64,000 bases of DNA from an uncultured Actinomycetota bacterium (GTDB lineage Bacteria; Actinomycetota; UBA4738; HRBIN12), in assembly GCA_963778505.1 (NCBI GenBank), contig CAVZUH010000004.1, positions 973,607 to 1,037,606 of the forward strand. Reading direction: 5' to 3'. The position numbers were made by a program, and so were the translations under genes. The notes beneath the pieces were generated by a model, which saw only the letters and a program-made list of their open reading frames with translations, was not told the DNA's origin and searched no databases. This document shows, piece by piece, positions 42,815 through 52,865 of the stretch. Within the stretch, counting starts at the first letter, position 1. Every line of letters begins with the position of its first letter.

Positions 42815-43744
42815 CTATTCCTCCCGCAAGCCGAGACCGAGTTCCTCGAGCTTGGCCTTGACCTCGTCGATCGACTTCTGGCCGAAGTTGCGGATGTCCA
42901 TCAGCTCGGACTCCGACTTCTGCACCAGGTCGCCCACGGTGTTGATGCCCTCTCGCTTGAGGCAGTTGTACGAACGAACAGAGAGGTTGAGGTCCTCGAC
43001 CGTGATCGCGTAGTCGCTCGGCTGGTCCTCGTCCTCTGCGGGACCGACCGAGACGCTCGCCGCCTCGGCCAGGTCCGAGAAGAGCTGGACGAGCTCGAGC
43101 AGGGTCCCGCCGGCCGAGGCGAGTGCCTCGCGCGGCGTCACGGAGCCATCGGTCTCGACATCGAGGATCAGGCGGTCACGGTCCGTCATCTGCTCGACGC
43201 GGGTGTCCTCCACGGCGTAGGAAACCTTGCGGACCGGCGAGAAGATCGAGTCGACGGGGATCACGCCGATCGGGTCGCGCGGCTTCTTGTTCTTGTCCGC
43301 CATGCGGTAGCCGACGCCTCGCTCGACGGTCAACTCCATCTCGAGTGACGCGCCCTTGCCGAGCGTGGCGAGGTGCAGATCGGGATTCAAGATCTCGATC
43401 CCCGCCGGCGGCGCGACGTCCCCCGCGGTGACCTCAGCCGGGCCCTTCGACTTCAGGTACACGGTGGTGGGCTCTTCGACGTCGGAGCGGATCACCAGTT
43501 CCTTCAGGTTCAAGATGATGTCGGTGACATCCTCGTTCACTTTGGGGATCGTCGAGAACTCATGCAGCACACCGTCGATGCGGACCGACGAGATCGCCGC
43601 CCCTGGGATCGACGACAGAAGCGTGCGACGGAGCGAGTTCCCGACCGTGTAGCCGAATCCCGGCTCGAGCGGTTCGATCGTGAACTTGGAACGGATCGGC
43701 GAGATCTCGCTCTCGGAGATCTGTGGTCTTGCGACGATGAACAC
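42815..43744 (-). CDS. rpoA: DNA-directed RNA polymerase subunit alpha
   Basis: Intact 309-aa ORF with a GTG start after GGAGGAGGAAG: [21 protein letters not shown]...[23 protein letters not shown]...[10 protein letters not shown]. Confidence 0.96.
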   Translation of the reverse strand: MFIVARPQISESEISPIRSKFTIEPLEPGFGYTVGNSLRRTLLSSIPGAAISSVRIDGVLHEFSTIPKVNEDVTDIILNLKELVIRSDVEEPTTVYLKSKGPAEVTAGDVAPPAGIEILNPDLHLATLGKGASLEMELTVERGVGYRMADKNKKPRDPIGVIPVDSIFSPVRKVSYAVEDTRVEQMTDRDRLILDVETDGSVTPREALASAGGTLLELVQLFSDLAEAASVSVGPAEDEDQPSDYAITVEDLNLSVRSYNCLKREGINTVGDLVQKSESELMDIRNFGQKSIDEVKAKLEELGLGLREE

Positions 43745-43834
43745 GTGCTTCCTCCTCCGGCGGGGGATCAGCCATTCCTACCCCGCGTCGTGTTGCGTCC
43801 CGGACACCCCCTCGGTGCCGGGCTCGCCGAACCG

Positions 43835-44227
43835 CTAGACGCGGCGGCGCTTGCGTGGCCGGCAGCCGTTGTGCGGCACCGGCGTGACGTCTGAGATGCC
43901 TGAGATCTCGAGACCCGTGGCGGCGAGGGAACGGATCGCGGTCTCGCGGCCGGAGCCCGGGCCCTTCACGAACACGTCCACCTTCTGCAGTCCGTGCTCC
44001 TGCGCTTGGCGAGCGGCCTTCTCCGCGGCGAGCTGGGCGGCGAACGGCGTCGACTTCCGGGAGCCCTTGAAGCCCACGTTGCCGGCGCTCGCCCACGACA
44101 GGGTGTTGCCCTGCAGGTCGGTGATCGTGACGATCGTGTTGTTGAACGTGGACTTGATGTGCGCCTGGCCGTGGACGACGTTCTTCTTCTCCCGCCGCCG
44201 TGCCTTCTTCGCCTTTGGCTTCGCCAT
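43835..44227 (-). CDS. rpsK: 30S ribosomal protein S11
   Basis: Intact 130-aa ORF: [39 protein letters not shown]...[18 protein letters not shown]. Confidence 0.96.
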   Translation of the reverse strand: MAKPKAKKARRREKKNVVHGQAHIKSTFNNTIVTITDLQGNTLSWASAGNVGFKGSRKSTPFAAQLAAEKAARQAQEHGLQKVDVFVKGPGSGRETAIRSLAATGLEISGISDVTPVPHNGCRPRKRRRV

Positions 44228-44256
44228 CGATCCCTTTCCGCTCGTCCTTCGCTCGG

Positions 44257-44640
44257 CTACTTCTTCGCCTGAACCTTCTTCTTGCCCGCGATCGTCTTCT
44301 TCGGGCCCTTACGCGTGCGCGCGTTCGTGTGCGTGCGCTGCCCGCGGACCGGGAGCGACCGGCGGTGCCGGATGCCCTGATAGCAACCGATCTCGATCTT
44401 CCGCTTGATGTCTTGGGCAACCTCTCGGCGAAGGTCTCCCTCGACCTTCACGTTCTGGTCGATGAACGCGCGGATCTTCAGCACCTCGTCCTCGGAGAGA
44501 TCCCGGACCTTGGTCCCTCCCTCGACACCCGAGCCGTTCACGATCTCGTATGCCCGGGTCTGGCCGATGCCGTAGATGTAGCGAAGGGCGATGTCCAGCC
44601 GCTTGTCGCGCGGAAGATCGACGCCTGCGATCCGTGCCAT
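44257..44640 (-). CDS. rpsM: 30S ribosomal protein S13
   Basis: From ATG 44640: [26 protein letters not shown]...[28 protein letters not shown]. The longer track ORF 44257..44736 runs upstream through rpmJ in another frame. Confidence 0.95.
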   Translation of the reverse strand: MARIAGVDLPRDKRLDIALRYIYGIGQTRAYEIVNGSGVEGGTKVRDLSEDEVLKIRAFIDQNVKVEGDLRREVAQDIKRKIEIGCYQGIRHRRSLPVRGQRTHTNARTRKGPKKTIAGKKKVQAKK

Positions 44641-44651
44641 GCCCGAGCCTC

Positions 44652-44765
44652 CTAGCCCTGTCGCTGCTTGTGCCGTGGGTTGGAGCAGATGACCATCACG
44701 ACGCCCCGGCGCCGGATGACCCGGCACCGATCGCACATCTTCTTCACGGACGGCCTGACCTTCAT
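44652..44765 (-). CDS. rpmJ: 50S ribosomal protein L36
   Basis: A 37-codon ORF, too short for the track: [37 protein letters not shown]. It runs from ATG 44765 to TAG 44654..44652. Confidence 0.93.
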   Translation of the reverse strand: MKVRPSVKKMCDRCRVIRRRGVVMVICSNPRHKQRQG

Positions 44766-44780
44766 CTGCTCTCCAGTGTG

Positions 44781-44806
44781 AACCTACTTGTCTTCGAACC
44801 TACTTG
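44781..44806 (-). repeat. 10-nt direct repeat spanning the infA stop and the infA-rpmJ spacer
   Basis: AACCTACTTG occurs at 44781..44790 and again at 44797..44806 on the plus strand (CAAGTAGGTT on the coding strand, so the TAG is duplicated). Confidence 0.6.
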
Positions 44807-45027
44807 AACCTGAACACCACACGCCCTCGCGTGAGGTCGTACGGCGACAGCTCCACCTTGACCCGGTCCCCCGGAAGGATCCGGATGTAGTGCATCCGCA
44901 TCTTCCCCGAGATGTGAGCCAGGACCTTGTGCCCGCTGTACGGCGCATCGAGCTCTACCCGGAACATGGCGTTGGGCAGCGGCTCTATGACCGTTCCCTC
45001 GACCTCGATGACGTCGTCTTTCGGCAC
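44800..45027 (-). CDS. infA: translation initiation factor IF-1
   Basis: From GTG 45027: [26 protein letters not shown]...[43 protein letters not shown]. The upstream part of track ORF 44800..45105 is the leader. Confidence 0.95.
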   Translation of the reverse strand: MPKDDVIEVEGTVIEPLPNAMFRVELDAPYSGHKVLAHISGKMRMHYIRILPGDRVKVELSPYDLTRGRVVFRFK

Positions 45028-45105
45028 GCTCCACTGTTTCCTTCGAACGGGTTCTCCTCTGCTGGCCGGACATGCGAACACGGCCTCCAGCAGGGGCGGA
45101 CGCAT

Positions 45106-45135
45106 AGTATACGGGCGAGCGTCGCGAAATGTCCA
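45106..45135 (-). promoter_or_regulatory. candidate promoter for infA-rpmJ-rpsM-rpsK-rpoA-rplQ
   Basis: The minus strand reads TGGACA (45135..45130), an 18-nt spacer, then TATACT (45111..45106). It lies between the map stop and the infA start. Confidence 0.45.
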
Positions 45136-45166
45136 CGAGACCTGGGCTGCAGGCTATCTCAGCCGT

Positions 45167-45928
45167 TCATGCTGGGCTCGTCAAGATCTCCGGCCCGTCC
45201 TCGGTGATGGCGATCGTGTGCTCGAAGTGAGCTGCGGTCGATCCATCCGTGGTCACCACCGTCCACCCGTCGGCCAGAACCCTGTTCTCCTCGCCTCCGA
45301 GGGTGAACATGGGCTCCACTGCGATCGTGAGCCCGGGCCGAAGCTCCAGGCCTCGACCCGGCGGGCCCCAGTTCTGGATGAACGGCTCCTCGTGCATGCT
45401 CCGGCCGATGCCGTGGCCACCGTATTCACGGACCACACCCAATCCCGCAGCATCCGCGACGGACTCGATGGTGTGGCCGATGTCGGAGAGCCTGCCGCCC
45501 ACCCGGATCGCGTCGATCGCCGCGTAGAGCGCATGCTCGGTCTCCTTCGCGAGCTTCGCCGCCTCCTCTGACGGCGCTTGACCGCCCACGAACACCGTCA
45601 CCGCGGCGTCGCCGTGGAATCCCTCCCAGACCGCCCCGAAGTCCAGGGAGAGCACCATGCCTTCCTTGAGCTTCCTCGTCCCCGACGGGATCCCGTGGAC
45701 GATCTCGGCATCGATCGAGGTGCAGATCGAGGCCGGGTAGGTTCCCCGATACCCCTTGAAGGAAGGGATCGCTCCCTCCTCCCGGATGAAACGCTCCGCT
45801 ACGCGGTCGAGGTCGAGCGTGGAACGCCCGGGCTCGACCGCAGACAGCACCGTTTCGATCGTGCCGGCCACGATCCGGCCGGCCTTCCGCATCTTCTCGA
45901 TCTCGTCGGGCGATTTCCGGATGATCAC
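45167..45928 (-). CDS. map: type I methionyl aminopeptidase
   Basis: Intact 253-aa ORF: HGIPS...LSLDFGAV..GFHGD...GHGIGRSMHEEP...LTIAVEPM...FEHTIAIT. An ATGA overlap joins it to the adk stop. Confidence 0.95.
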   Translation of the reverse strand: MIIRKSPDEIEKMRKAGRIVAGTIETVLSAVEPGRSTLDLDRVAERFIREEGAIPSFKGYRGTYPASICTSIDAEIVHGIPSGTRKLKEGMVLSLDFGAVWEGFHGDAAVTVFVGGQAPSEEAAKLAKETEHALYAAIDAIRVGGRLSDIGHTIESVADAAGLGVVREYGGHGIGRSMHEEPFIQNWGPPGRGLELRPGLTIAVEPMFTLGGEENRVLADGWTVVTTDGSTAAHFEHTIAITEDGPEILTSPA

Positions 45929-46575
45929 TCGAGACCCTCCAAGACCTGCATGGTGCGCTCGATCACTTCGTCGGGGGTTCCTTCGGCGTCCACCTGGAAG
46001 AGCAGGTCACGCTCCACGTAGAACTGTTCGAGCGGCGAGGCTTGTTCCCGATACACGGCGATCCGACGCCGCACGGTGAGTTCGTCGTCGTCGGCCCGAC
46101 GCTCGAGCTCGGCGCCGCAGACATCGCAGACTCCTTCCTGGGCGGGTGGTTTGAATTCGACATGGTACGTCCGTCCGCAGCTGGGACACGTGTAGCGGCC
46201 CAGGAGCCGCCGCACGGCGACCTCACCACCCACCGAGAACTTGATCACGGCGGAGAGGGGCTCGCGGGCTTCGTCGAGCGCTCGCTCCAGCGCCTCGGCC
46301 TGCGCGACGGTTCGTGGGAACCCATCGAGGATGAATCCCTTGTCCGCATCCGGCTCCGCCAGCCGGTCCATGACCATCGAGACGACCACGTCGTCAGGCA
46401 CGTACTCGCCGCGATCCATGAACGAGCGGGCGCGGATCCCGAGCTTCGTTCCTCGCTGCACGTGATCGCGCAGGATCTCGCCGGTCGAGATCTGCGGGAT
46501 GCCGTACCGCTCCGACAGCAGGACCCCCTGCGTCCCCTTCCCCGCGCCCGGGGGGCCGAGCAGCACGAGCCGCAT
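45925..46575 (-). CDS. adk: adenylate kinase (zinc-lid type)
   Basis: Intact 216-aa ORF: MRLVLLGPPGAGKGTQG...ILDGFPRT..QA...CPSCGRTYH...CDVCGAELERRADD. Confidence 0.96.
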   Translation of the reverse strand: MRLVLLGPPGAGKGTQGVLLSERYGIPQISTGEILRDHVQRGTKLGIRARSFMDRGEYVPDDVVVSMVMDRLAEPDADKGFILDGFPRTVAQAEALERALDEAREPLSAVIKFSVGGEVAVRRLLGRYTCPSCGRTYHVEFKPPAQEGVCDVCGAELERRADDDELTVRRRIAVYREQASPLEQFYVERDLLFQVDAEGTPDEVIERTMQVLEGLE

Positions 46576-46579
46576 CGGT

Positions 46580-47867
46580 CTATCCGAGGAAGCCCTCGTA
46601 GTGACGCATCAGCAGCTGGGACTCGATCTGCTTCATCGTCTCGAGGGCCACGCCCACCGCGATCAGGATCGAGGTGCCGCCGAACGGGAACTGCGCGAGG
46701 TTCCAGAACGCGAACACGATCGTCGGGATCAGCGCGATCACCGCGAGGAAGATCGCTCCCGGCAGTCCGATCCGGATCAGGATCCGGTTCAGGTAGTCCG
46801 CGGTCGGGGGGCCTGGCCTGATGCCCGGGATGAACCCGCCGTTCTTCCGCAGGTTGTCGGCGGTGCGGGTCGGATCGAACTGGATCGCCGTGTAGAAGTA
46901 CGAGAAGAAGATGATCAGCATCGCGAGGAGCGCCATGTAGACGATGCTTCGCTGGTTCTGCAGATGGTTCTGGACGAAGTTCTGGAACCATTCGGCGTGG
47001 TACACGCTCGCCAGGAGCGCCGGGAAATACATGACGGACGTGGCGAAGATGATCGGGATCACCCCTGCCTGGTTCACCTTCAGTGGAAGGTACGTGCTCC
47101 CACCCGACGTCATCTTGCGGCCGACCACCCGTTTCGCGTACTGGACCGGCACGCGCCGCTGTCCCTGGTCGACGTAGATCACAGCGACCACGATCGCGAG
47201 CCCGATCAGCATGATCGTGATGAACTTGCCCGTTCCGCCCTGCTCGCAGGATCACGCGCCCCTCGAACGGAAGGGTCGAGATCACGCTCGTGAAGATCAG
47301 GATCGACATGCCGTTCCCGACACCTCGCTGGGTGATCAGCTCGCCCAGCCACATGATCAGCGCCGTACCGGCGGTCATGATCAAGACGATGAACGCTACG
47401 TTCGCACCCGTGAACGTGCCTGGGGGGAAGACGTCGGGTATACCGGACGCCGCCGGATTGTGGAACAGGAACACGAGCCCCGTGGACTGCAGCAACGCCA
47501 GCACGACGGTGACGTAGCGGGTCCACTGGTTGATCTTCTTCGTACCGGTCTCGCCCTGCTCCTGCCATTGCTGGAGCTTGGGGATCACGACCGTCATCAG
47601 CTGCATGATGATCGAGCTGGTGATGTACGGCATGATCCCGAGAGAGAAGATCGCCAGCCGGGACAGGCCGCCGCCCGAGAACAGGTTGATGATCCCGAGG
47701 AACCCTCCGGCGCCCTGACGCTCGAGCTCGCGTTGCAAGATGCCGATGTCGACAACCGGAACCGGCAGATAGGAGCCCAGCCGGAACACTGCGATGATGA
47801 ACAGCGTGAACAGGATCTTCGCGCGAAGATCCGGAACTCGGAACGCGTTCAGGAACGCCTTGAGCAC
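46580..47867 (-). CDS. secY: preprotein translocase subunit SecY (one extra base near 47237)
   Basis: The N-terminus is in ORF 46245..47867 (FSGGGLSRLAIFSLGIMPYITSSIIMQLM...GNGMSILIF) and the C-terminus in ORF 46580..47212 (QAGVIPIIFA...FIPGIRPG..TA.YL...GGTSILI). The junction reads ...RAGG TGKFITIMLIGL once one C in GGGCGGA is removed. The span is 1288 nt (3n+1). Confidence 0.94.
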
Positions 47868-47884
47868 GGTCGTCTAAGGGTAGC

Positions 47885-48319
47885 TCAGCTGAGGACTTCG
47901 GCGGTCCCTCCGGCCGCCTCGATCTTCTGCTTCGCTGCCTTCGAGAAGGCGTGCGCCTTCACGGATAGCTTCTTATCGAGCTCTCCGCGAGCGAGGACCT
48001 TGATCTTCGATCCCTTGTGCGCCAGGCCGTGCTGGTACAACGCCTCGGGGGTCACGTCGCTGTCGAAGTACTTGGCCAGGATCTCGACGTTCACCGGCGA
48101 GTACTCGACCCGGTTGGGGTTCGTGAAGCCCTTCAGCTTGGGGACGCGCCGGATCAGAGGCATCTGGCCGCCCTCGAACCCAGCCCGGATCTTGCCGCGG
48201 GCGCCCGTGCCCTTCATGCCGCGCCCGGCGGTCTTGCCACGCGCGCCCGCGCGCCCGCGACCCACGCGGGTGCGTTCCGTCTTCGCGCCCTTCGCGGGGC
48301 GGAGGTGATGCAGCTTCAT
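47885..48319 (-). CDS. rplO: 50S ribosomal protein L15
   Basis: Intact 144-aa ORF: [37 protein letters not shown]. Confidence 0.96.
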   Translation of the reverse strand: MKLHHLRPAKGAKTERTRVGRGRAGARGKTAGRGMKGTGARGKIRAGFEGGQMPLIRRVPKLKGFTNPNRVEYSPVNVEILAKYFDSDVTPEALYQHGLAHKGSKIKVLARGELDKKLSVKAHAFSKAAKQKIEAAGGTAEVLS

Positions 48320-48501
48320 CGGTCCACCTCCTCGACGCTCACCAGGTGCCGGACCTTCGAGAGCATCCCTCGGATATCGGGGCGATCCTCCTTGACCACG
48401 GTGTGGCGGATGCGCCGCAGGCCGAGCCGGCGGACCGTGTCCTTCTGGTCCTCGGGCCGGTCGATCACGCTGCGGGTCTGCGTCACCCTAAGCTTGGTCA
48501 C
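48316..48501 (-). CDS. rpmD: 50S ribosomal protein L30
   Basis: Intact 61-aa ORF: [28 protein letters not shown]. Confidence 0.94.
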   Translation of the reverse strand: MTKLRVTQTRSVIDRPEDQKDTVRRLGLRRIRHTVVKEDRPDIRGMLSKVRHLVSVEEVDR

Positions 48502-49090
48502 CGTAGACCTCCGTCAGAGCATCGGCGCGAGCCGCTTGGGCGTGCGCCTCGGCGGCAGCCACCGCCTCGAGCATCGGCTTGGGCGCCACTTGATGATCCT
48601 CGCGATCCCGCATCAGCGCGACCTCGTGAGGCTTGCGCAACGCCTTCAGCCCCGCCTCGGCCGCCTTCACGATGTTGATCTGGTTCGAGGAGCCCATCGA
48701 TTTCGACAGGATGTCCTTGATGCCGGCCGCCTCGACGAGCGCCCGGACCGGACCGCCGGCGATGACACCGGTCCCCGGCGCGGCCGGCTTCAACAAGACA
48801 CGACCGGCTCCCGCCTGACCTACGATCTCGTGAGGGATCGTCGTCCCCATCATCGGGACCTCGAACATCTTCCGCCGCGCCAGCTCGACCCCCTTGGCGA
48901 TCGCGGCCGGCACCTCCTTCGCCTTGCCGTAGCCGACGCCGACGCGGCCCGCGCCGTCGCCCACGACGATCAGCGCGGCGAACGAGAAGCGTCGGCCGCC
49001 CTTCACGACCTTCGCCACCCGGTTGATGAAGATGACCCGCTCTTCGTACGGGCTCTTCTCTTGGTCCCTCGCGTCATAGCGTCGCGACAT
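48488..49090 (-). CDS. rpsE: 30S ribosomal protein S5 (with ~40-aa Ala/Glu-rich C-terminal extension)
   Basis: From ATG 49090: [45 protein letters not shown]...[12 protein letters not shown]. The tail [26 protein letters not shown] overlaps the rpmD start by 14 nt. The upstream part of track ORF 48488..49897 is out-of-frame rplR/rplF. Confidence 0.93.
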   Translation of the reverse strand: MSRRYDARDQEKSPYEERVIFINRVAKVVKGGRRFSFAALIVVGDGAGRVGVGYGKAKEVPAAIAKGVELARRKMFEVPMMGTTIPHEIVGQAGAGRVLLKPAAPGTGVIAGGPVRALVEAAGIKDILSKSMGSSNQINIVKAAEAGLKALRKPHEVALMRDREDHQVAPKPMLEAVAAAEAHAQAARADALTEVYGDQA

Positions 49091-49443
49091 CAGATCTGGA
49101 GTCCTCCCTCTCTCGCACCCTCGGCGACCGCGGCGACACGGCCGTGGAACCGCCGCCCGCCCCGGTCGAACACGACCCGCTCGATCCCTGCGCCCTTCGC
49201 CCGATCGGCGATCAGCTTGCCGACCGCCTTCGCGCGATCGGTCTTGCCGTTCGTGCCGTCGATCTCCGCGTCGGAGGCAGAGGCGATCGTCGCGGCCGCG
49301 CGATCGTCGATCAGCTGGACGTAGATGTGACGGTTCGATCGGTACACCGCCAGGCGCGGCCGCTCCGCCGTCCCCGCAACCTTCTTGCGCACCCGCGCGT
49401 GACGGCGGATGCGCGCTTCCCGCCTCGTCTTGGCGTCCATCAC
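49090..49443 (-). CDS. rplR: 50S ribosomal protein L18
   Basis: Intact 117-aa ORF: [34 protein letters not shown]...[26 protein letters not shown]. Confidence 0.96.
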   Translation of the reverse strand: MMDAKTRREARIRRHARVRKKVAGTAERPRLAVYRSNRHIYVQLIDDRAAATIASASDAEIDGTNGKTDRAKAVGKLIADRAKGAGIERVVFDRGGRRFHGRVAAVAEGAREGGLQI

Positions 49444-49991
49444 GCGGTCGCCCCCTTCGCTGCCTTCCCGGCCTTCTTGCGGACGTACTCGTTCTCGTAG
49501 CGGATCCCCTTGCCCTTGTACGGCTCGGGCTTCCGGATCTTGCGGATGTTCGCGGCGACCTCGCCGACCTGTTGCTTGTCGTTGCCCCGCACCACGACCT
49601 GGGTGGGGACGGGAACCTCGAACTCGATACCGTCCGGTTGAGGCACGAGGACGGGATGTGAGTAACCGACCTGGAGCTCGACGTCGCTGCCCTTGAGCAA
49701 GGCGCGGTAGCCGACGCCCACGATCTGCAGCCGCTTCTCGAAGCCCTTGGTGACCCCTTCGACCATGTTGGCGAGGAGCGATCGCGTGAGCCCGTGCAGA
49801 CTGCGGCTGAACCCGACGTCGTCGGGCCGCTCCACCCGTGCGACGCCCTCCTCCGTGAGGATGCGCATGGTCGGGTGCATGGTCTGTGAGAGCTCACCGC
49901 GGGGACCGCGAACGGTCACCACGTTGACGTCGTCGACCTTCACCTCGACACCATCCGGGATCTCCACGGGTCGTCTTCCGATCCTGCTCAT
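49440..49991 (-). CDS. rplF: 50S ribosomal protein L6
   Basis: Intact 183-aa ORF: [20 protein letters not shown]...GVGYRA...GYSHPV...[10 protein letters not shown]. Confidence 0.96.
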   Translation of the reverse strand: MSRIGRRPVEIPDGVEVKVDDVNVVTVRGPRGELSQTMHPTMRILTEEGVARVERPDDVGFSRSLHGLTRSLLANMVEGVTKGFEKRLQIVGVGYRALLKGSDVELQVGYSHPVLVPQPDGIEFEVPVPTQVVVRGNDKQQVGEVAANIRKIRKPEPYKGKGIRYENEYVRKKAGKAAKGATA

Positions 49992-50009
49992 GGCTTCACT
50001 TCTCCAACA

Positions 50010-50438
50010 TCACCAGACGTAGGCCAGCACTTCGCCGCCGAAGCCCCTTCGGGCCGCTTCCTTGTCGGTCATCACGCCTTGCGAGGTCGAGATGATCGCG
50101 ATGCCGAGCCCCCCCTGCACACGCGGCAGCTCGTCGCGACCGCGGTAGATCCTTCGCCCGGGCTTCGAGATGCGCCGGAGCCCGGTGATCGCCCTGCGCC
50201 GCCTCACCCCGTACTTCAGTCGGATCCGGAAGGCTTGATGCACGCCCTCGCCCTCCCGTCCGTAGCCGATGATGTATCCCTCCGCATCCAGGATCTTCAG
50301 CACCGAGTCGGAGAGCTTCGACACGGGTGCCACCAATTCGTCCTTGTACGCAAGGTTCGCGTTCCGGATCCTTGTCAGCAGGTCCGCGACCGGATCGGAT
50401 ACGTTCGAGGAGAACTTCGTCGCCGTCTTCGTCACCAT
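50010..50438 (-). CDS. rpsH: 30S ribosomal protein S8
   Basis: Intact ORF: [20 protein letters not shown]...[33 protein letters not shown]. No later in-frame start exists, so the N-terminus is ~10 aa longer than usual. Confidence 0.93.
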   Translation of the reverse strand: MVTKTATKFSSNVSDPVADLLTRIRNANLAYKDELVAPVSKLSDSVLKILDAEGYIIGYGREGEGVHQAFRIRLKYGVRRRRAITGLRRISKPGRRIYRGRDELPRVQGGLGIAIISTSQGVMTDKEAARRGFGGEVLAYVW

Positions 50439-50617
50439 GAGGCTTTGGTCACCCCCGGCAGCTCGCCCAGGTGCGCGAGCTCACGGAAACAGATCCTGCA
50501 CAGCAGGAACTTGCGGTAGACCGCCCTGGCGCGGCCGCACCGCATGCACCGCGTGTAGCCCTGCACGCGGAACTTCGGCTGCTTCTTCTGCTTGTTGATG
50601 AGTGCTGTTTTCGCCAT
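50432..50617 (-). CDS. rpsN: 30S ribosomal protein S14, type Z (zinc-binding, 61 aa)
   Basis: Intact ORF: [61 protein letters not shown] (CxxC..CxxC). Confidence 0.96.
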   Translation of the reverse strand: MAKTALINKQKKQPKFRVQGYTRCMRCGRARAVYRKFLLCRICFRELAHLGELPGVTKASW

Positions 50618-50626
50618 GTCTCGTCC

Positions 50627-51208
50627 TCAGCTCGCTTCCGCCGCCACCTGGGCGAACGGGAAACCCAGGGCGGCGAGCAGCGCTCGTCCCTCGTCGTCGG
50701 TCTCGGCCGTGGTCACGATGGTGATGTCCATACCCGTGACCTTCAGCACCTTGTCGTAGTCGATCTCCGGGAAGATCAACTGCTCGGTCACGCCGAGCGT
50801 GTAGTTGCCGTGCCCGTCGAACGCCGCGGGGCTGAGACCACGGAAGTCCCGGATCCGCGGCAGCGCCAACGATACGAGCCTATCCACGAACTCCCACATG
50901 TAGGCGCCCCGGAGCGTCACCTTGGCGCCGATCGCCATGCCCTCGCGGAGCTTGAAGCCCGCGATCGACTTGCGAGCCTTCGTGACGACCGCTTTCTGCC
51001 CCGTGATCGTGGCCAGATCCTCGAGCGCGGCGTCGAGGAGGCGCCCGTCCTTGACGGCCTCGCCGACGCCCATGTTGATGACGACCTTCTCGACACTGGG
51101 TACCTGCATCAAGTTGGCCAGTCCCAATTGCTCCTTGAGCATCGGAACCAGCTCCTCCCGATACCGCTTCCGGAGGCGTGGCGTGTAGTCGTCCGTCTTC
51201 GCGCTCAT
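50627..51208 (-). CDS. rplE: 50S ribosomal protein L5
   Basis: Intact 193-aa ORF: [14 protein letters not shown]...[19 protein letters not shown]...[22 protein letters not shown]. Confidence 0.96.
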   Translation of the reverse strand: MSAKTDDYTPRLRKRYREELVPMLKEQLGLANLMQVPSVEKVVINMGVGEAVKDGRLLDAALEDLATITGQKAVVTKARKSIAGFKLREGMAIGAKVTLRGAYMWEFVDRLVSLALPRIRDFRGLSPAAFDGHGNYTLGVTEQLIFPEIDYDKVLKVTGMDITIVTTAETDDEGRALLAALGFPFAQVAAEAS

Positions 51209-51546
51209 GACATCTCCGTCTCACACTTGCGACAGAACCGAACCTTCCGGTCGCCTTCGATCCGATGCCCGATCCGGGTCGCCTTGCCGCAGGCCGAACA
51301 CACGACCTGCACGTTCGAGATGTCCACGAACATCTCGGCGTCGATGATCCCGCCCTGCTGCAGCTGCTGGGAGCTGCCTCGAGCGCGACGGCCGGACGAG
51401 CGTTGGTGTTTCTTGGCCAGCGCGACGCCGTCCACCATCACCCGGCCCTCGCGAGGAAGCACGCGCACGACCCGGCCCTCCCGGCCGCGGTCCTTGCCCG
51501 AGATCACCCGGACCGTGTCGTCTCTCTTGATGTCGACTCCTGGCAT
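51205..51546 (-). CDS. rplX: 50S ribosomal protein L24 (with C-terminal zinc-ribbon-like CxxC..CxxC)
   Basis: Intact 113-aa ORF: [21 protein letters not shown]...[10 protein letters not shown]...[29 protein letters not shown]. Confidence 0.95.
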   Translation of the reverse strand: MPGVDIKRDDTVRVISGKDRGREGRVVRVLPREGRVMVDGVALAKKHQRSSGRRARGSSQQLQQGGIIDAEMFVDISNVQVVCSACGKATRIGHRIEGDRKVRFCRKCETEMS

Positions 51547-51548
51547 CG

Positions 51549-51920
51549 CTAGAGCACCTCCGGAGCGAGCGAAACGATCTTCATGTACCGCTTGTCACGG
51601 AGCTCCCGGGCCACCGGTCCGAAGATCCGTGTGCCTCGCGGGTTCCTCGAATCGGGTGTGAGGAGGACCACGGCGTTGTCATCGAACCGGATGTAGGACC
51701 CGTCGGGGCGCCTGCGCTCCTTCGATGTTCGCACGACAACGGCTTTCACGACCTCGCCCTTCTTGACGCCACCACCGGGTAGAGCGTCCTTGATCGTGCC
51801 GACGACCGTATCGCCGATGCTCGCGTAACGCCGGGCGGACCCGCCGAGCACGCGGATCACCAGGAGCTCTTTCGCTCCCGTGTTGTCCGCCACGCGACAT
51901 CGGGTCTCTTGCTGGATCAC
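51549..51920 (-). CDS. rplN: 50S ribosomal protein L14
   Basis: From GTG 51920 (a GTGA overlap with the rpsQ stop): [36 protein letters not shown]...[11 protein letters not shown]...[13 protein letters not shown]. Confidence 0.96.
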   Translation of the reverse strand: MIQQETRCRVADNTGAKELLVIRVLGGSARRYASIGDTVVGTIKDALPGGGVKKGEVVKAVVVRTSKERRRPDGSYIRFDDNAVVLLTPDSRNPRGTRIFGPVARELRDKRYMKIVSLAPEVL

Positions 51921-52192
51921 TTCGCCTTCTCCACGATCTCGACGAGTCGCCAGCGCTTCGTCTTCGACAGCGGGCGCGTCTCCACGACGCGCACGCGGTC
52001 GCCCACATGCGCCTCGTTGGACTCGTCGTGCGCCGAGAGCTTCTTCGAGCGGCGCACGGTCTTGTCGTAGAGGGGATGCCGGAAGGAGCGGTCGATCCGA
52101 ACGACGACGGTCTTGTCCATGCCGTCCGAGACCACCACGCCGGTCCGCACCTTGCGGCGACCGCGCTCCTGCGTCAGCTGCTCGTCGCTCAC
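51917..52192 (-). CDS. rpsQ: 30S ribosomal protein S17
   Basis: Intact 91-aa ORF: [46 protein letters not shown]. Confidence 0.96.
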   Translation of the reverse strand: MSDEQLTQERGRRKVRTGVVVSDGMDKTVVVRIDRSFRHPLYDKTVRRSKKLSAHDESNEAHVGDRVRVVETRPLSKTKRWRLVEIVEKAK

Positions 52193-52449
52193 TGCTCTTT
52201 CTCCGTTCTTGGCTCAGCCGGCGCCTGCTCGGCGGCGGCCGCGACCGAAGTGGCCTCGATGTCACGTTCCCGCATCACCGTGGCGATCCGTGCGATCTCG
52301 TGCCGGATCTTCTTGATCGACGACGAGTCGTCGAGCTGTCCGGTCGCGAGCTGGAACCGCAGGTTGAAGAGCTCTTCCTTCGCGGATTCCGCGCGCTCCA
52401 CGAGTTGTTCGTCGGTCAGGTCGCGAAGCTCGGCGGTCTTGCTCGCCAT
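52189..52449 (-). CDS. rpmC: 50S ribosomal protein L29
   Basis: From ATG 52449: [55 protein letters not shown]. It has an Ala/Glu/Pro-rich tail. Confidence 0.94.
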   Translation of the reverse strand: MASKTAELRDLTDEQLVERAESAKEELFNLRFQLATGQLDDSSSIKKIRHEIARIATVMRERDIEATSVAAAAEQAPAEPRTEKEQ

Positions 52450-52451
52450 CG

Positions 52452-52865
52452 CTACTCCCCCACCCTCGTGATGAACTTGGTTCTGATCGGCAACTTGTGC
52501 TGGGCTCGACCCATCGCTTCGCGAGCGAGCGACTCGTTCACTCCGGCCAGCTCGAACATCACCCGGCCGGGTTTCACGACCGCGACCCAACCCTCCGGGT
52601 TCCCCTTGCCCGACCCCATCCGGGTCTCCGCCGGCTTCTTGGTGACGGGTTTGTCCGGGAAGATCGTGATCCACACCTTCCCGCCACGGCGGATATGCCG
52701 CGTGATCGCGACACGGGCTGCCTCGATCTGGCGGTTGGTGATCCACCCCGGCTCCATCGCCACGATCGCGTAGTCGCCCGACTGGATGTCGGTGTGACCC
52801 TTCGCCAGACCGCGCATGCGGCCACGGTGCTGCTTCCGATGCTTCACACGCTTCGGCGCGAGCAT
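52452..52865 (-). CDS. rplP: 50S ribosomal protein L16
   Basis: Intact 137-aa ORF: [22 protein letters not shown]...[15 protein letters not shown]...[25 protein letters not shown]. Confidence 0.96.
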   Translation of the reverse strand: MLAPKRVKHRKQHRGRMRGLAKGHTDIQSGDYAIVAMEPGWITNRQIEAARVAITRHIRRGGKVWITIFPDKPVTKKPAETRMGSGKGNPEGWVAVVKPGRVMFELAGVNESLAREAMGRAQHKLPIRTKFITRVGE

